In this document: one piece after another, positions 28,828 to 38,774 of the stretch
How positions within the stretch are numbered: the first letter of the stretch is position 1
Layout of the letters: every line of letters starts with the position of its first letter
Sequence record: PP216085
Source: Escherichia phage vB_EcoM_HZ_ZJUN4
Strand: one strand, 5' to 3'
DNA: 64,000 bases
The notes under the pieces: generated by a model
Told to the model about the DNA's origin: nothing
The model's input: only the letters and a program-made list of their open reading frames with translations
The model's database searches: none
Position numbers and translations under genes: made by a program

Positions 28828-29837
28828 TGAAAACAGTAATGAAAAGCTATTTTGGTAGTCATCTTTATGGAACTTCTACTCCAGAATCTGATGTAGATTT
28901 TAAAGAAATCTTTGTTCCTCCTGCTCGCGATATTCTTATCGGAAATGTTAAAGAGCATATGAGTAAAAACACTAACAACACATCATCTAAAAACACTAAA
29001 GATGATATTGACCATGAACTATACAGTCTTAAATATTTCTTTAAATTAGCAGCAGATGGTGAAACTGTAGCATTGGATATGCTCCACACTCCACCTGAAC
29101 TGGTAGTTAAATCTGATTTGCCTGATGTATGGAAGTTTATTCAAGACAATCGTTCTCGTTTTTATACAACTAACATGAAATCTTATTTAGGATATGTCCG
29201 CAAGCAAGCTTCTAAATATGGTGTCAAGGGTTCTCGTTTGGCCGCATTGCGTGATGTATTGAAAGTAGTTAATCAAATCCCCGATCAGTGGGTTGATTAT
29301 CAAGAAGACGGTTCCATTAAGCAGCGTCGCACTAAAGTTGAAGATATTAAGCATCGTCTTCCAGAAAACGAATTCTGTGAATGGGTGTTCCATAATCATG
29401 AGAAAACAGGCCCACAAATGTTCTATACTGTGTTGGGTCGTAAATATCAGACAACTCTTTCTCTTATTGAGCTTAAGCAGTCTTTGAATAAACTTGATGC
29501 TGAATACGGCGAACGTGCTCGTAAAGCTGAAGCGAATGAGGGCATTGACTGGAAAGCACTGAGTCATGCTTGCCGCGGTGGACTCCAACTATTGGAAATT
29601 TACAAAACTGGTGACTTAGTCTATCCACTTCAAGATGCTCCGTTTATTCTCGACGTGAAGCTGGGTAAACATCCATTTAAAACTGTTCAAGAGTTTTTGG
29701 AAGATGTGGTCGATCAAGTAGAAGCAGCATCCATTGAAGCTTCTAAGAACGGTATGCAGCAAAAAGTAGACATGGGTTTCTGGGATGACTTCCTTGAGAG
29801 GGTTTATCTTGAAAACCACCGAAGTTATTATAAATGA
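28824..29837 (+). CDS. Pol-beta-superfamily nucleotidyltransferase-like protein (337 aa)
   Basis: N-terminal motif YFGSHLYGTSTPESDVDF (GS-x11-DxD) typical of the minimal nucleotidyltransferase fold; further acidic residues downstream. Confidence 0.6.
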   Translation: MMKTVMKSYFGSHLYGTSTPESDVDFKEIFVPPARDILIGNVKEHMSKNTNNTSSKNTKDDIDHELYSLKYFFKLAADGETVALDMLHTPPELVVKSDLPDVWKFIQDNRSRFYTTNMKSYLGYVRKQASKYGVKGSRLAALRDVLKVVNQIPDQWVDYQEDGSIKQRRTKVEDIKHRLPENEFCEWVFHNHEKTGPQMFYTVLGRKYQTTLSLIELKQSLNKLDAEYGERARKAEANEGIDWKALSHACRGGLQLLEIYKTGDLVYPLQDAPFILDVKLGKHPFKTVQEFLEDVVDQVEAASIEASKNGMQQKVDMGFWDDFLERVYLENHRSYYK

Positions 29838-29839
29838 TA

Positions 29840-29864
29840 GGGAGCCTTCGGGCTCCCTTTTTTG
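29840..29864 (+). terminator. intrinsic terminator (GGGAGCC-TTCG-GGCTCCC + TTTTTT)
   Basis: Perfect 7-bp GC-rich stem, UUCG loop, T-tract. Confidence 0.75.
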
Positions 29865-29886
29865 TTTAAAATGACGTCACAAAGTT

Positions 29887-29918
29887 GTTTACAGGCATAA
29901 AGCTTTATGGTATTATAC
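29887..29918 (+). promoter_or_regulatory. early promoter with conserved leader
   Basis: AAAGTTGTTTAC ... GGTATTATACAACTATCAACTG; near-identical to modules at 15323 and 56973. Confidence 0.65.
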
Positions 29919-29950
29919 AACTATCAACTGATACGGATTTGGAGAATAAA

Positions 29951-30919
29951 ATGAAAACTGTAACTATCAATAAGGGTATCTACTTCGGTAAAGAAATCTC
30001 TGGAACTTTTGAGCTCTTAGGCGAATGGTTCCCAGATAATGCTCCGGTAGATGCACAAGGAGATGGTAAAGTTTTTGTTGAAATTGACGGCAAACGCCGC
30101 GGTGTTTGGGTTTACAAATCAGATATTTCATATGATGGTGTAAAAGTTGAAGAAGTTAAAGAATCATATGAAGATATGAAAACCCGCATTAATAAAAGAT
30201 TTAATGTTATGGGAATGATGACGAATGGTATTATTAACGGAAATATTCGTTCATTAATTATCTCTGGTGCGGCGGGTATTGGTAAAACGTATTCTTTAGA
30301 TAAAGCTTTGAATAAAGCAAATGATAATGGATACATTGAATATAAAAGCATTAATGGTAAAATCTCTGGTATCGGTCTTTATGAACAGCTTTGGAATAAT
30401 CGTGAAGAGAATTCTGTCCTTTTGATTGATGATGTGGATGTTTTCTCTGATATGGACATTCTTAATCTTCTGAAAGCTGCTCTGGACACTGGAGAGTCCC
30501 GTAAAGTCTGCTGGAGCACTGAATCTTCTTACTTAGAAGAAAAAGACATTGACCGTGAGTTTGAATTTAAAGGAACGATTGTTTTTATCACAAACGTTGA
30601 CATTGACCGCGAATTAGACCGTGGTACTAAACTTGCTCCACACTTACAAGCATTAGTGTCCCGCTCAGTTTATTTGGATTTGGGTGTTCACACTAATGAA
30701 GAAATTATGGTCAGGGTTGAAGATGTTATTCTTTCAACTGACATGATGCAAAAGCGCGGTCTTTCTGATGAAGAAACTTATAAAGCATTATCATGGATGA
30801 AAGTTAATGTTAATCGTTTACGCAATGTTTCACTGCGTACTGCTCTTTATCTTGCTGACTTTATTATGACCGACAAAAACGGTTGGGAAGAAATTGCTGA
30901 GGTTACTCTTCTGAAATAA
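29951..30919 (+). CDS. P-loop ATPase (AAA-like, 322 aa)
   Basis: Walker A GAAGIGKT and Walker B VLLIDDVD; start at ATG after GGAGAATAAA ribosome-binding site downstream of the promoter. Confidence 0.65.
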   Translation: MKTVTINKGIYFGKEISGTFELLGEWFPDNAPVDAQGDGKVFVEIDGKRRGVWVYKSDISYDGVKVEEVKESYEDMKTRINKRFNVMGMMTNGIINGNIRSLIISGAAGIGKTYSLDKALNKANDNGYIEYKSINGKISGIGLYEQLWNNREENSVLLIDDVDVFSDMDILNLLKAALDTGESRKVCWSTESSYLEEKDIDREFEFKGTIVFITNVDIDRELDRGTKLAPHLQALVSRSVYLDLGVHTNEEIMVRVEDVILSTDMMQKRGLSDEETYKALSWMKVNVNRLRNVSLRTALYLADFIMTDKNGWEEIAEVTLLK

Positions 30920-31008
30920 TTCATAAGAGGACTTCTATGACAAAAAGGCAGTTCAGAAATAGATTATATGGACTGCCATCAAAAAGATGACTAGAATTAA
31001 ACTGGTGA

Positions 31009-31323
31009 ATGGAGGTAGTGATGTTATACTCAAAGGCTCGTGAAATTTACGAAACTAAGATTAAAGAAGCTGTATTTCAATTCGCAACGACAATGCGATG
31101 GACAAATGACTGGGAGTATTCAAAAAATCATAAGAAGCCCATGGTGACAAGAAAGGCTCATATGTTAGTGTTAATAGACCGTGAGCAGATTAAAGCCCGA
31201 GAAGCCCTCCAGAATCATAAAAAGGCTGCCTTTGAATGGTTTATGGATAACACTGCACCCGAGACTAAGAAAGCAGTGAGCGCATGGTTCAGTGGAAAAA
31301 ATTGTGAAAGAAGTTTCTTTTAG
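31009..31323 (+). CDS. hypothetical protein (about 100 aa)
   Basis: Basic ORF; likely start at second ATG (about 31021) after GGAGG. Confidence 0.55.
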   Translation: MEVVMLYSKAREIYETKIKEAVFQFATTMRWTNDWEYSKNHKKPMVTRKAHMLVLIDREQIKAREALQNHKKAAFEWFMDNTAPETKKAVSAWFSGKNCERSFF

Positions 31324-31325
31324 TG

Positions 31326-31357
31326 GTTTACAAGACTGTTCCTCTGTGGTACTATAC
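31326..31357 (+). promoter_or_regulatory. early promoter with conserved leader
   Basis: GGTTTACAAG ... GGTACTATACAACTATCAACT. Confidence 0.6.
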
Positions 31358-31383
31358 AACTATCAACTACGGAGGAACAGAAA

Positions 31384-31911
31384 ATGAACGCTAAAGATAT
31401 TTTCAACCTGGTAAATTACAACGATGGTAAATTTAAATCTGAAGCACAAAGCAAGTTCTTTAATGACATCTCAATCGGAGGTGAAATCACTGTTGATGGA
31501 GGACAAATTTACAAATCCCGTTGGAATTGGATCGTTATTATTGATGAGATCGGTATTGTAGAAATTTACAAGAATACGAATAAAAATCGTACATTACACT
31601 GGTCTCGTGATACTAACGAACAGTACAAAAAGGATAAAGCATCTAAAATGTCTCGTGTAACTCAAGAAGATATTGAGTTCATCAAGAAAGATATTTTAAT
31701 GTATGATAACTTAATTGCTGAAGAGCAAGCTGTTATTGATAAATTTGATGAGATTAAAGCTTCTCGTGAAATTCCTGATTTTATGAAAGAATCAGTAAAT
31801 GAACGATACTCTCTCATTTCAGAGCGTATTGAAACTTACAAAAAGCAAAGAGCTGAACGCCAAAATACTCTTCGGAAGTTTGAAGAACGGTTAAAGACGG
31901 TACTCGCATAA
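31384..31911 (+). CDS. hypothetical protein (175 aa)
   Basis: ORF after promoter and GGAGGAA ribosome-binding site; C-terminal half predicted helical. Confidence 0.6.
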   Translation: MNAKDIFNLVNYNDGKFKSEAQSKFFNDISIGGEITVDGGQIYKSRWNWIVIIDEIGIVEIYKNTNKNRTLHWSRDTNEQYKKDKASKMSRVTQEDIEFIKKDILMYDNLIAEEQAVIDKFDEIKASREIPDFMKESVNERYSLISERIETYKKQRAERQNTLRKFEERLKTVLA

Positions 31912-31966
31912 CCGCTTTATACCAAGGATGGTATAATGGTTCTAAGCCCTTTTAATTGAGATTATT

Positions 31967-32374
31967 ATGAAACAGTTGATAATTAAAAGATTGAATTTAT
32001 TGATATGTTGTTTATGTGTAGTAGTTGCATACGGTTATTACGCAATTAATGATTATATGCATTATAAAGATTATGATGTTACTGTAGTTAATACCATTAC
32101 AGGAACACAAGGAAAAGGGTCTAGTTTATCGTTTATTGCCGTATATGAACTCAAAGACGGTTATAGATTTAGTGAATATATTTCCCCAGAGATGTATTCT
32201 TCAATAGAAAAGGGTGATAATATTACTGTAAGTTTACGTCCTTTCGACGTAAAACAGACACTGTTTGATAATATTGTTTGGTTCTTTGGGATGGTATTAG
32301 TTCAATCCGTGTGTGGCGCTTATGTAGTCTGTTCAATCATATTCTGTGTATTTAGTAAAATTGAAATTGAGTGA
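31967..32374 (+). CDS. membrane protein (135 aa)
   Basis: N- and C-terminal hydrophobic segments. Confidence 0.55.
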   Translation: MKQLIIKRLNLLICCLCVVVAYGYYAINDYMHYKDYDVTVVNTITGTQGKGSSLSFIAVYELKDGYRFSEYISPEMYSSIEKGDNITVSLRPFDVKQTLFDNIVWFFGMVLVQSVCGAYVVCSIIFCVFSKIEIE

Positions 32375-32381
32375 GGAAAAT

Positions 32382-33272
32382 ATGTCAGTAGTAATTAATA
32401 ATGTCAATGCAGTAATTAAATCATTAGTTAATAAAAAAATGATGAATGAATGGACTGTACTTCGCCGTGGAGAGCCAGATAAATTTTTTCATAGATTTAA
32501 CCCAACTTTGGATTTGAATGTTATCGACAAAGATGTTCATGCAGAAATTTTAGATAAGTTTAAAGTTGATATTGGATTTGGATTAGAAAAACATTTGCAG
32601 CGAACAACCGGGTCTGGAATGAGTTTATCTAATCGCATTATGAAAGCCCTTAATAAAATTGGAGCGTTGTCTCGTATTAATGCGAGCGAAATCCTTCGTA
32701 ATTATAATAAAGGATATGACCTTTACGGTCGACTAATGCCAAAATTATCATTCGATCAAATGATTGCGGATTTGTGGGAAAATCAACGACGATTATTAGC
32801 ATTAGGCGCTCGATTAGCTAAAGGTCTAGATAAACAAATGATTTTTAAGACCAATAATACAGAAGACCTTAAATGCTTTAAATTTAGTATTCGCGGAGAT
32901 GATTATTACATCAGAGCTCGCTCTACAGATTATGTTAATATGGGACATCATCTCTGTTTAGCTTTTGAAGTTTTAAAAGAAGCTGGAACACTAGAATATT
33001 CATCTGGTGCTAAATGCCCTATTGGTTCAAGTTGTATTTTAATTTATCGCCCGGATGAATCCAGTTCAACTAAATTGCCTACGAAACCTGTGCCAGTTCG
33101 TAGTAACGAAAAACATTCTGAACAAATTGATTATTTTAATAAGCAGATTGAAGAGCTGAATATTTCTATTCAACAATATGACGATGAAATTTTCAGACTA
33201 TCTGGATTGAGTAGTAAAGCTAAATCTGAGCGTGAAAAGTTAATTAAAATTGTTGATTTACTTAAATCTTAA
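32382..33272 (+). CDS. hypothetical protein with C-terminal coiled coil, array member 1 (296 aa)
   Basis: ATG after GAGGAAAA; last ~40 aa heptad-like (QIEELNISIQQYDDEIFRL...). Confidence 0.6.
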   Translation: MSVVINNVNAVIKSLVNKKMMNEWTVLRRGEPDKFFHRFNPTLDLNVIDKDVHAEILDKFKVDIGFGLEKHLQRTTGSGMSLSNRIMKALNKIGALSRINASEILRNYNKGYDLYGRLMPKLSFDQMIADLWENQRRLLALGARLAKGLDKQMIFKTNNTEDLKCFKFSIRGDDYYIRARSTDYVNMGHHLCLAFEVLKEAGTLEYSSGAKCPIGSSCILIYRPDESSSTKLPTKPVPVRSNEKHSEQIDYFNKQIEELNISIQQYDDEIFRLSGLSSKAKSEREKLIKIVDLLKS

Positions 33273-33280
33273 GGAACACT

Positions 33281-34309
33281 ATGAAAACTCGTTCTCAAAT
33301 TGAAGATATGGTTCGTAATGCTAGCTATACTCGTGATGTTATGACATTTTTGTGTGAAAATAATTTAGACCCTGATAAAGTTAATCGTGTTATTCATCAC
33401 TTTAAGTATACGAATAGCAGTGAATGGGTGCGTAATTTTAGTAAAGCGGGGTATATTACACAAATGACGGCTCGTGAGCAGCTCACCGATTTCTGTAAAA
33501 CTATTGATTATAAAAATCCTCTATTTGTTCAAGGCGTTGGTCAAAGTAAGGTCGATTTATCATCTGGATTTTTCAATCCAAATCATTATCGTATTGAATG
33601 GAGATTTATTGCTCTGTTCCGTAGACAATTAAAGCAAATTTTATCAACTGCGAGTCGATTAAAAGGTTCTGATATTAACTTAAAGAATCTGAAATTTGAT
33701 GGTTATACTCTTCAGATGGAAGTAAGACCATTAAAAGAAAATAATAGAACTGCACGAATTAGCTTTAAACCTAATACAAAAAATTCTCTTTCAATTTGCG
33801 AATGCCTTAAATTGCAGTTGACAGAAGCATTTAAGTATATGGATGTTGTTGCCGCTGTTCAGTCTAAGATTTTACCTCGTTTTGAGCGAAATTGGGAACA
33901 TACAACAACGTATGAACTTGATATGATCGTTTCATTTAAATACGATTTTTTGAGAAAGGACGAAGTCCCGCAAGAGAAAAAGCAGGAAGTACAAGATAAC
34001 TTAAATTTAAATTTATCCAATTACTCATCAAACGATCCTAAATTTTGGATGTATAGTTCAGGTAATAAAGATGCATGGAAATTCAATAAAGTGAATTTTC
34101 TTCCTGTTGAAAATCCGAGTCTTAAACCTGTTGAAAAATGGCACGCGGATGCGATTGAGAAGTCTATCAAGGCAGTAGATGATGAACTCGTTAAAGCAAC
34201 TAATGAAGTGCTAGAAGCTGAAAAGATGCTAGAAAAAGCTCAAGAAAAAGTCAAAAATCTCACGAAGCAACGTTCTAAACTGAACAATGCACTAAATGCA
34301 CTAAACTAG
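33281..34309 (+). CDS. hypothetical protein with C-terminal coiled coil, array member 2 (342 aa)
   Basis: Starts MKTRSQIEDMVRN; C-terminal coiled coil (VDDELVKATNEVLEAEKMLEKAQEKVKNL). Confidence 0.6.
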   Translation: MKTRSQIEDMVRNASYTRDVMTFLCENNLDPDKVNRVIHHFKYTNSSEWVRNFSKAGYITQMTAREQLTDFCKTIDYKNPLFVQGVGQSKVDLSSGFFNPNHYRIEWRFIALFRRQLKQILSTASRLKGSDINLKNLKFDGYTLQMEVRPLKENNRTARISFKPNTKNSLSICECLKLQLTEAFKYMDVVAAVQSKILPRFERNWEHTTTYELDMIVSFKYDFLRKDEVPQEKKQEVQDNLNLNLSNYSSNDPKFWMYSSGNKDAWKFNKVNFLPVENPSLKPVEKWHADAIEKSIKAVDDELVKATNEVLEAEKMLEKAQEKVKNLTKQRSKLNNALNALN

Positions 34310-34338
34310 TTTACTTTGCCACAAGGATGTGGTATAAT
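34309..34338 (+). promoter_or_regulatory. early promoter
   Basis: TAGTTTAC ... GTGGTATAAT. Confidence 0.6.
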
Positions 34339-34366
34339 GTTCTTACTTTCTACTGAGGAGATTAAT

Positions 34367-35368
34367 ATGACTCGTAACGAATATATCAAATCATTCAATA
34401 GTGTTATTGATGATAAAGCTATACCGGTGTTTGGCCAAAATAGCGTTATTTCTATTATCAATCAATGGCTCAATAGCGTTGACGCGAGTATTGTTTCTTC
34501 TGCTAAATTTATTCATGAAATTCGTAAAATTTCTAGCCGTGTAGATAAAGATGTTATCAAGAAAACCTTTAAAGAGTCTCGTCTTCTTTCATATTTGGTT
34601 AATCGGGATATTCTTGGTAATTTTGGGAAAGAAATTAAACGAACCAAAGATGTAGTAGGATATAATTGGTTCGGTGATGTTAATTCTTATCATCTTAATG
34701 TCAAAGAAGACCCTGAGAATATTTTTACTCGTCGTTGGATTAGTAATTTCAGACTTTTCAAAGGACAGATTCTAAAATCAGCTTCTAAATTATGTTATGG
34801 CGATTATCGTCAAATTCATCCTTTGGCTTCTGATATGATTATCATAAAAGAATATGAACTTGATAAAAATAAAGTATCTATTTTTGTGAATTATGGATTT
34901 TTTACACCAGAAACTAACCAAAAGAATATTAATAAATTTTTCTCAATTGCTAGCACTATAACTCGTCAATTAGAAACCGCATTACTTTGTATGGAAACGG
35001 TAGAAAATATTCATACTTATCCTTTTAAGAATATGTGTGGTTGGGAAGGATATAAAATTATAATTAGCCTTCGTGAAGTGAAATGCGCTTATTCACCGAC
35101 TGATAAAGAAATTTACCAACAAAAATGTGATGAAATTGTGAATACTCCTAAAGAAGAAACTACCCTTGAAGAACTAATGGATAATCTTGACGATTCGCCT
35201 GAACCGATAGAAATTCGTCCAGAAGTTATTGCACTAGAAAAAGCTTATAAAGAAGTTCTAGAAATTTCTAATAAAGCGCAGAAAGAATATGAGAAGGCTA
35301 AAAGGATTTGGGAAGAATCTGTTAATCGCCTGGATCGTCTTGAACAAGCTTTACAGCTAATTAAGTAA
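34367..35368 (+). CDS. hypothetical protein with C-terminal coiled coil, array member 3 (333 aa)
   Basis: ATG after GAGGAGATTAAT downstream of promoter; starts MTRNEYIKSFNSV; C-terminal coiled coil. Confidence 0.6.
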   Translation: MTRNEYIKSFNSVIDDKAIPVFGQNSVISIINQWLNSVDASIVSSAKFIHEIRKISSRVDKDVIKKTFKESRLLSYLVNRDILGNFGKEIKRTKDVVGYNWFGDVNSYHLNVKEDPENIFTRRWISNFRLFKGQILKSASKLCYGDYRQIHPLASDMIIIKEYELDKNKVSIFVNYGFFTPETNQKNINKFFSIASTITRQLETALLCMETVENIHTYPFKNMCGWEGYKIIISLREVKCAYSPTDKEIYQQKCDEIVNTPKEETTLEELMDNLDDSPEPIEIRPEVIALEKAYKEVLEISNKAQKEYEKAKRIWEESVNRLDRLEQALQLIK

Positions 35369-35420
35369 TTTAAAGCCAAGGATGGCTCGGAGTATAAATC
35401 ATTAACCAAGTGAGAAGAAC

Positions 35421-36350
35421 ATGAAAACTCGTAAACATTATATTGATTATTTTGACAGTCTTATTACTAAACATCGTAATTATCAGATAGGACATAGAGC
35501 AGTAATCAATAATATTCTTCGTGATTTCCTTCAATATGTTGGCCAGGAAAATCATATCTGTAAAGATACACAGAACGCTTATTCTCATTCGTTGGGCAAT
35601 TTGCTTCAATGGTTTAAACGTTCTCGTATGTTATCTTCTACTGTAGCTCGTGATAACATTAAAAACTTTATGAAGCCGAGCTTTATTAAATCTGAGACAT
35701 CTATAACTGATTTGGTTGAATTTACTATTGTTAACGATGTTAAAAAGACCCATTTGGCTGATTGGTTATCTACCATTCCTGAAACTAAATTTGCTGATAA
35801 ATTCGCTTGTCAATTCAATGACCAAGTGAATATGCTTTTTAAGCATGCTCGTAAACTATTTACCGCAGGCGATGACCGTACAAATACAGTTCATGTTAAG
35901 GACTGGGTTATTGCTGATGAAGTAACGCACAAGCCAGGTGGTTCATCAGTATTAATTAATATCCAGGTTCCTTATTATTACTCACGTAATCTCGGCACCA
36001 TGACAGCTAGAGAAATTAATAAGCATAACAAAACTATTCGTTCGTTGTCTTATAAACTCTGCACGATGGTGGAGATGATGGACGTAGTGGAAATGTATGA
36101 TGAAACCGAAGATAATAGTTCAATGTTATACAGTTCACGCATTTTAATTAAACTGAAGAATCCTAATACATATAAGCCAGTTGTAAAAGAACCTAAAGTA
36201 GAAAAGGTTGATAACTTGAGCGAAGAACGTGAATACCTCAAATCTCGACTAGTTGAAGTTGAAGCCCAGATTGCCGAACACACCAAATTGTTAAAAGCTC
36301 TTAATGCAAAAGCAAATGGTTTACGCAATGCTATTGAGGTATTGAAATGA
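35421..36350 (+). CDS. hypothetical protein with C-terminal coiled coil, array member 4 (309 aa)
   Basis: Starts MKTRKHYIDYFDSL; C-terminal coiled coil (EREYLKSRLVEVEAQIAEHTKLLKALNAK). Confidence 0.6.
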   Translation: MKTRKHYIDYFDSLITKHRNYQIGHRAVINNILRDFLQYVGQENHICKDTQNAYSHSLGNLLQWFKRSRMLSSTVARDNIKNFMKPSFIKSETSITDLVEFTIVNDVKKTHLADWLSTIPETKFADKFACQFNDQVNMLFKHARKLFTAGDDRTNTVHVKDWVIADEVTHKPGGSSVLINIQVPYYYSRNLGTMTAREINKHNKTIRSLSYKLCTMVEMMDVVEMYDETEDNSSMLYSSRILIKLKNPNTYKPVVKEPKVEKVDNLSEEREYLKSRLVEVEAQIAEHTKLLKALNAKANGLRNAIEVLK

Positions 36351-36664
36351 AAAAGCGTCTATTAGAAGATATTGCAGCTTCAAGTAATTCCAGTCTAATT
36401 AAAATTATTATGGCTGGTGAAGAAGACGATCTGGAAATGCGCGGAAAGATTCATGGTTGTGACGATCTAGACTTTAAACCTCCTGCTTGGGATGCCATTA
36501 TGGCTATGGTTGAACGTCGCGAAAGGGCTTCTAAGAGTGTTCCGAACTGCCCAAAATGTGGTACCGAACAGGTACAATTAGTTCATTGGCAGACTAGTAT
36601 TCTTCGTTATAAATGTCGTCATTGCAAACACCGATTTAACCGAGAAGAAAATGACAAAGCGTAA
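36347..36664 (+). CDS. zinc-ribbon protein (105 aa)
   Basis: CPKCG ... CRHCKH four-Cys zinc-ribbon near C-terminus; acidic N-terminus. Confidence 0.6.
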   Translation: MKKRLLEDIAASSNSSLIKIIMAGEEDDLEMRGKIHGCDDLDFKPPAWDAIMAMVERRERASKSVPNCPKCGTEQVQLVHWQTSILRYKCRHCKHRFNREENDKA

Positions 36665-36893
36665 AGAATATATGGAGATTGCTGAAAAAGCAGTCCGTGA
36701 ATTAGCAATAGCTTATTATAATGAACATGGTAAATTTCCTGATAGATACAGCGTGCTTAAATCTGCTTTAACTCGTTCATATAAAAATATGCTATCAGAA
36801 GTAAGTGATATTATATACAAACATAAAGAACAAACTGGCCAAAGTCTTGATTATGACGAGACTTTTAAACAAGTACTAGGAATTAAGGAATAA
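36651..36893 (+). CDS. hypothetical protein (80 aa)
   Basis: ORF overlapping the upstream stop; helical. Confidence 0.55.
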   Translation: MTKRKEYMEIAEKAVRELAIAYYNEHGKFPDRYSVLKSALTRSYKNMLSEVSDIIYKHKEQTGQSLDYDETFKQVLGIKE

Positions 36894-36894
36894 T

Positions 36895-37158
36895 ATGTTT
36901 AAAGTATATGGTTATGATAGCAACATCCATAAATGTGTGTATTGTGATAATGCAAAACGTCTCTTGACTGTGAAGAAACAGCCGTTTGAATTTATCAACA
37001 TTATGCCGGAAAAAGGTGTTTTTGATGATGAGAAAATCGCTGAGCTTCTGACTAAACTAGGTCGTGATACTCAAATCGGATTGACGATGCCTCAGGTATT
37101 TGCTCCTGATGGAAGTCATATTGGTGGATTTGACCAATTGCGGGAATACTTTAAATGA
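36895..37158 (+). CDS. nrdC: thioredoxin/glutaredoxin NrdC (87 aa)
   Basis: MFKVYGYDSNIHKCVYCDNAKRLL... with CVYC active site; 87 aa as in T4 NrdC. Confidence 0.92.
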   Translation: MFKVYGYDSNIHKCVYCDNAKRLLTVKKQPFEFINIMPEKGVFDDEKIAELLTKLGRDTQIGLTMPQVFAPDGSHIGGFDQLREYFK

Positions 37159-37370
37159 TGCTTGAAGGAACTGATTATATCCATGACTACCGCGGAAGCG
37201 CGGTATATGTGGGTGATGAGGTTGCAGTTTATTATGGGTATGGAACTTTGATGACAGCAAAGGTTATTCAAATTAAAAATGGCCGTGCTAAACTCGAAGT
37301 TTATTATTCTAATGGTGAAAAGTCTATTTCTAAATGGAAATATGGCGATTGCATGGTTAAACTGGGGTAA
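37155..37370 (+). CDS. hypothetical protein (71 aa)
   Basis: ORF overlapping the nrdC stop. Confidence 0.55.
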   Translation: MMLEGTDYIHDYRGSAVYVGDEVAVYYGYGTLMTAKVIQIKNGRAKLEVYYSNGEKSISKWKYGDCMVKLG

Positions 37371-37372
37371 AT

Positions 37373-37681
37373 ATGATTTACGATGTTGATGCAGTTTTGA
37401 GCGAAATCATCGAAGACCATGATGCATTTTCTGAAAATTATGATTTCGATTTTTCGGATTATCTTAAACCTATCGAAATAGAAGACTGGGTACAAGATGG
37501 CAAATGCCAATATCGGCAGTGTGTTTATTTTAGCCCAAAACATAATGTACATGTTTCCGTAAATGAATGCCGTTCAGGTTCTTATCATTCTGACTGGTAT
37601 TATGCAGTTCCAACTGTTGAGTTAGTTGAACTACGAGAACGTGTAGTAACTCAGACAATACGAGAATGGATTACGCTATAA
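37373..37681 (+). CDS. hypothetical protein (102 aa)
   Basis: Acidic ORF with four Cys. Confidence 0.55.
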   Translation: MIYDVDAVLSEIIEDHDAFSENYDFDFSDYLKPIEIEDWVQDGKCQYRQCVYFSPKHNVHVSVNECRSGSYHSDWYYAVPTVELVELRERVVTQTIREWITL

Positions 37682-37804
37682 AACCCTGGTGGGCGGCTAG
37701 ATGGGAAACTGTAGAGCCAGAGCCGGAAGAACCGGTTTACACTGATGAAGAAACAGTATATAATGAACCAACGATAAATGACTTAATTGATATGGAGATG
37801 GGAT

Positions 37805-38251
37805 ATGATTGCAGTAGATAAGTGGTTTAGAATTAATCGTGCTGATAAAGGGCTGTGTAATTACTGGCCGGAACTTAGTGCAGGTACTGTCTTTAAAGTT
37901 CGTGAACTTGCAAAAGAATGTGAAGACGATATAGAACCTGATACTGGAATTATTGAAATTGAACTTTCTGGCGGAAAGATTATTAACATCTATGATAAGC
38001 CTATTACATATTGGTGCTTGTGGAATACTGAATCAGTAGAAAATGGCGAAATTGAAGAAGTTGTAGAACGAGTTGATCAAGCTATTCATAAACCTAAAGC
38101 CGCTTTTCAAGGTGAACGTATTTCATATGCATTAGCTAAATTAGCTGCACAAGAAAATAACGATGGTTATGAAGGAAATTTGATGCAAGCTGCGGCAGAA
38201 TATATTGAATGGCTTGAAACTCAAATTTCTTTTTCTGACCGAGCGTTTTAA
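37805..38251 (+). CDS. hypothetical protein (148 aa), pin/49.x position
   Basis: ATG after GGAG; located between nrdC and gene 49 where T4 carries pin; identity unverified. Confidence 0.5.
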   Translation: MIAVDKWFRINRADKGLCNYWPELSAGTVFKVRELAKECEDDIEPDTGIIEIELSGGKIINIYDKPITYWCLWNTESVENGEIEEVVERVDQAIHKPKAAFQGERISYALAKLAAQENNDGYEGNLMQAAAEYIEWLETQISFSDRAF

Positions 38252-38300
38252 TACTTGAAAATAATAAATACCCTTATCTATTCAAGGTAAGGGTTTTATT

Positions 38301-38774
38301 ATGTTATTGACTGGCAAATTGTACAAAGAAGAAAAACAAAAATTTTATGATGCACAAAACGGTAAATGCTTAATTTGCCAACGAGAATTAAATCCTGATG
38401 TTCAAGCTAATCACCTTGACCATGACCATGAATTAAATGGACCGAAAGCTGGAAAGGTACGTGGGTTGCTTTGTAATCTCTGTAATGCGGCAGAAGGTCA
38501 AATGAAACATAAATTTAATCGTTCTGGCTTAAAAGGACAAGGCGTTGATTATCTTGAATGGTTAGAAAATTTACTTACTTATTTAAAATCCGATTACACC
38601 CAAAATAATATTCACCCTAACTTTGTTGGAGATAAATCAAAGGAATTTTCTCGTTTAGGAAAAGAGGAAATGATGGCTGAGATGCTTCAAAGAGGATTTG
38701 AATATAATGAATCTGACACTAAAACACAATTAATAGCTTCATTTAAGAAGCAGCTTAGAAAGAGTTTAAAATGA
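38301..38774 (+). CDS. 49: endonuclease VII, Holliday-junction resolvase (157 aa)
   Basis: MLLTGKLYKEEKQKFYDAQNGKCLICQREL...HLDHDH; Zn-binding Cys and His-box; matches T4 gp49. Confidence 0.93.
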   Translation: MLLTGKLYKEEKQKFYDAQNGKCLICQRELNPDVQANHLDHDHELNGPKAGKVRGLLCNLCNAAEGQMKHKFNRSGLKGQGVDYLEWLENLLTYLKSDYTQNNIHPNFVGDKSKEFSRLGKEEMMAEMLQRGFEYNESDTKTQLIASFKKQLRKSLK

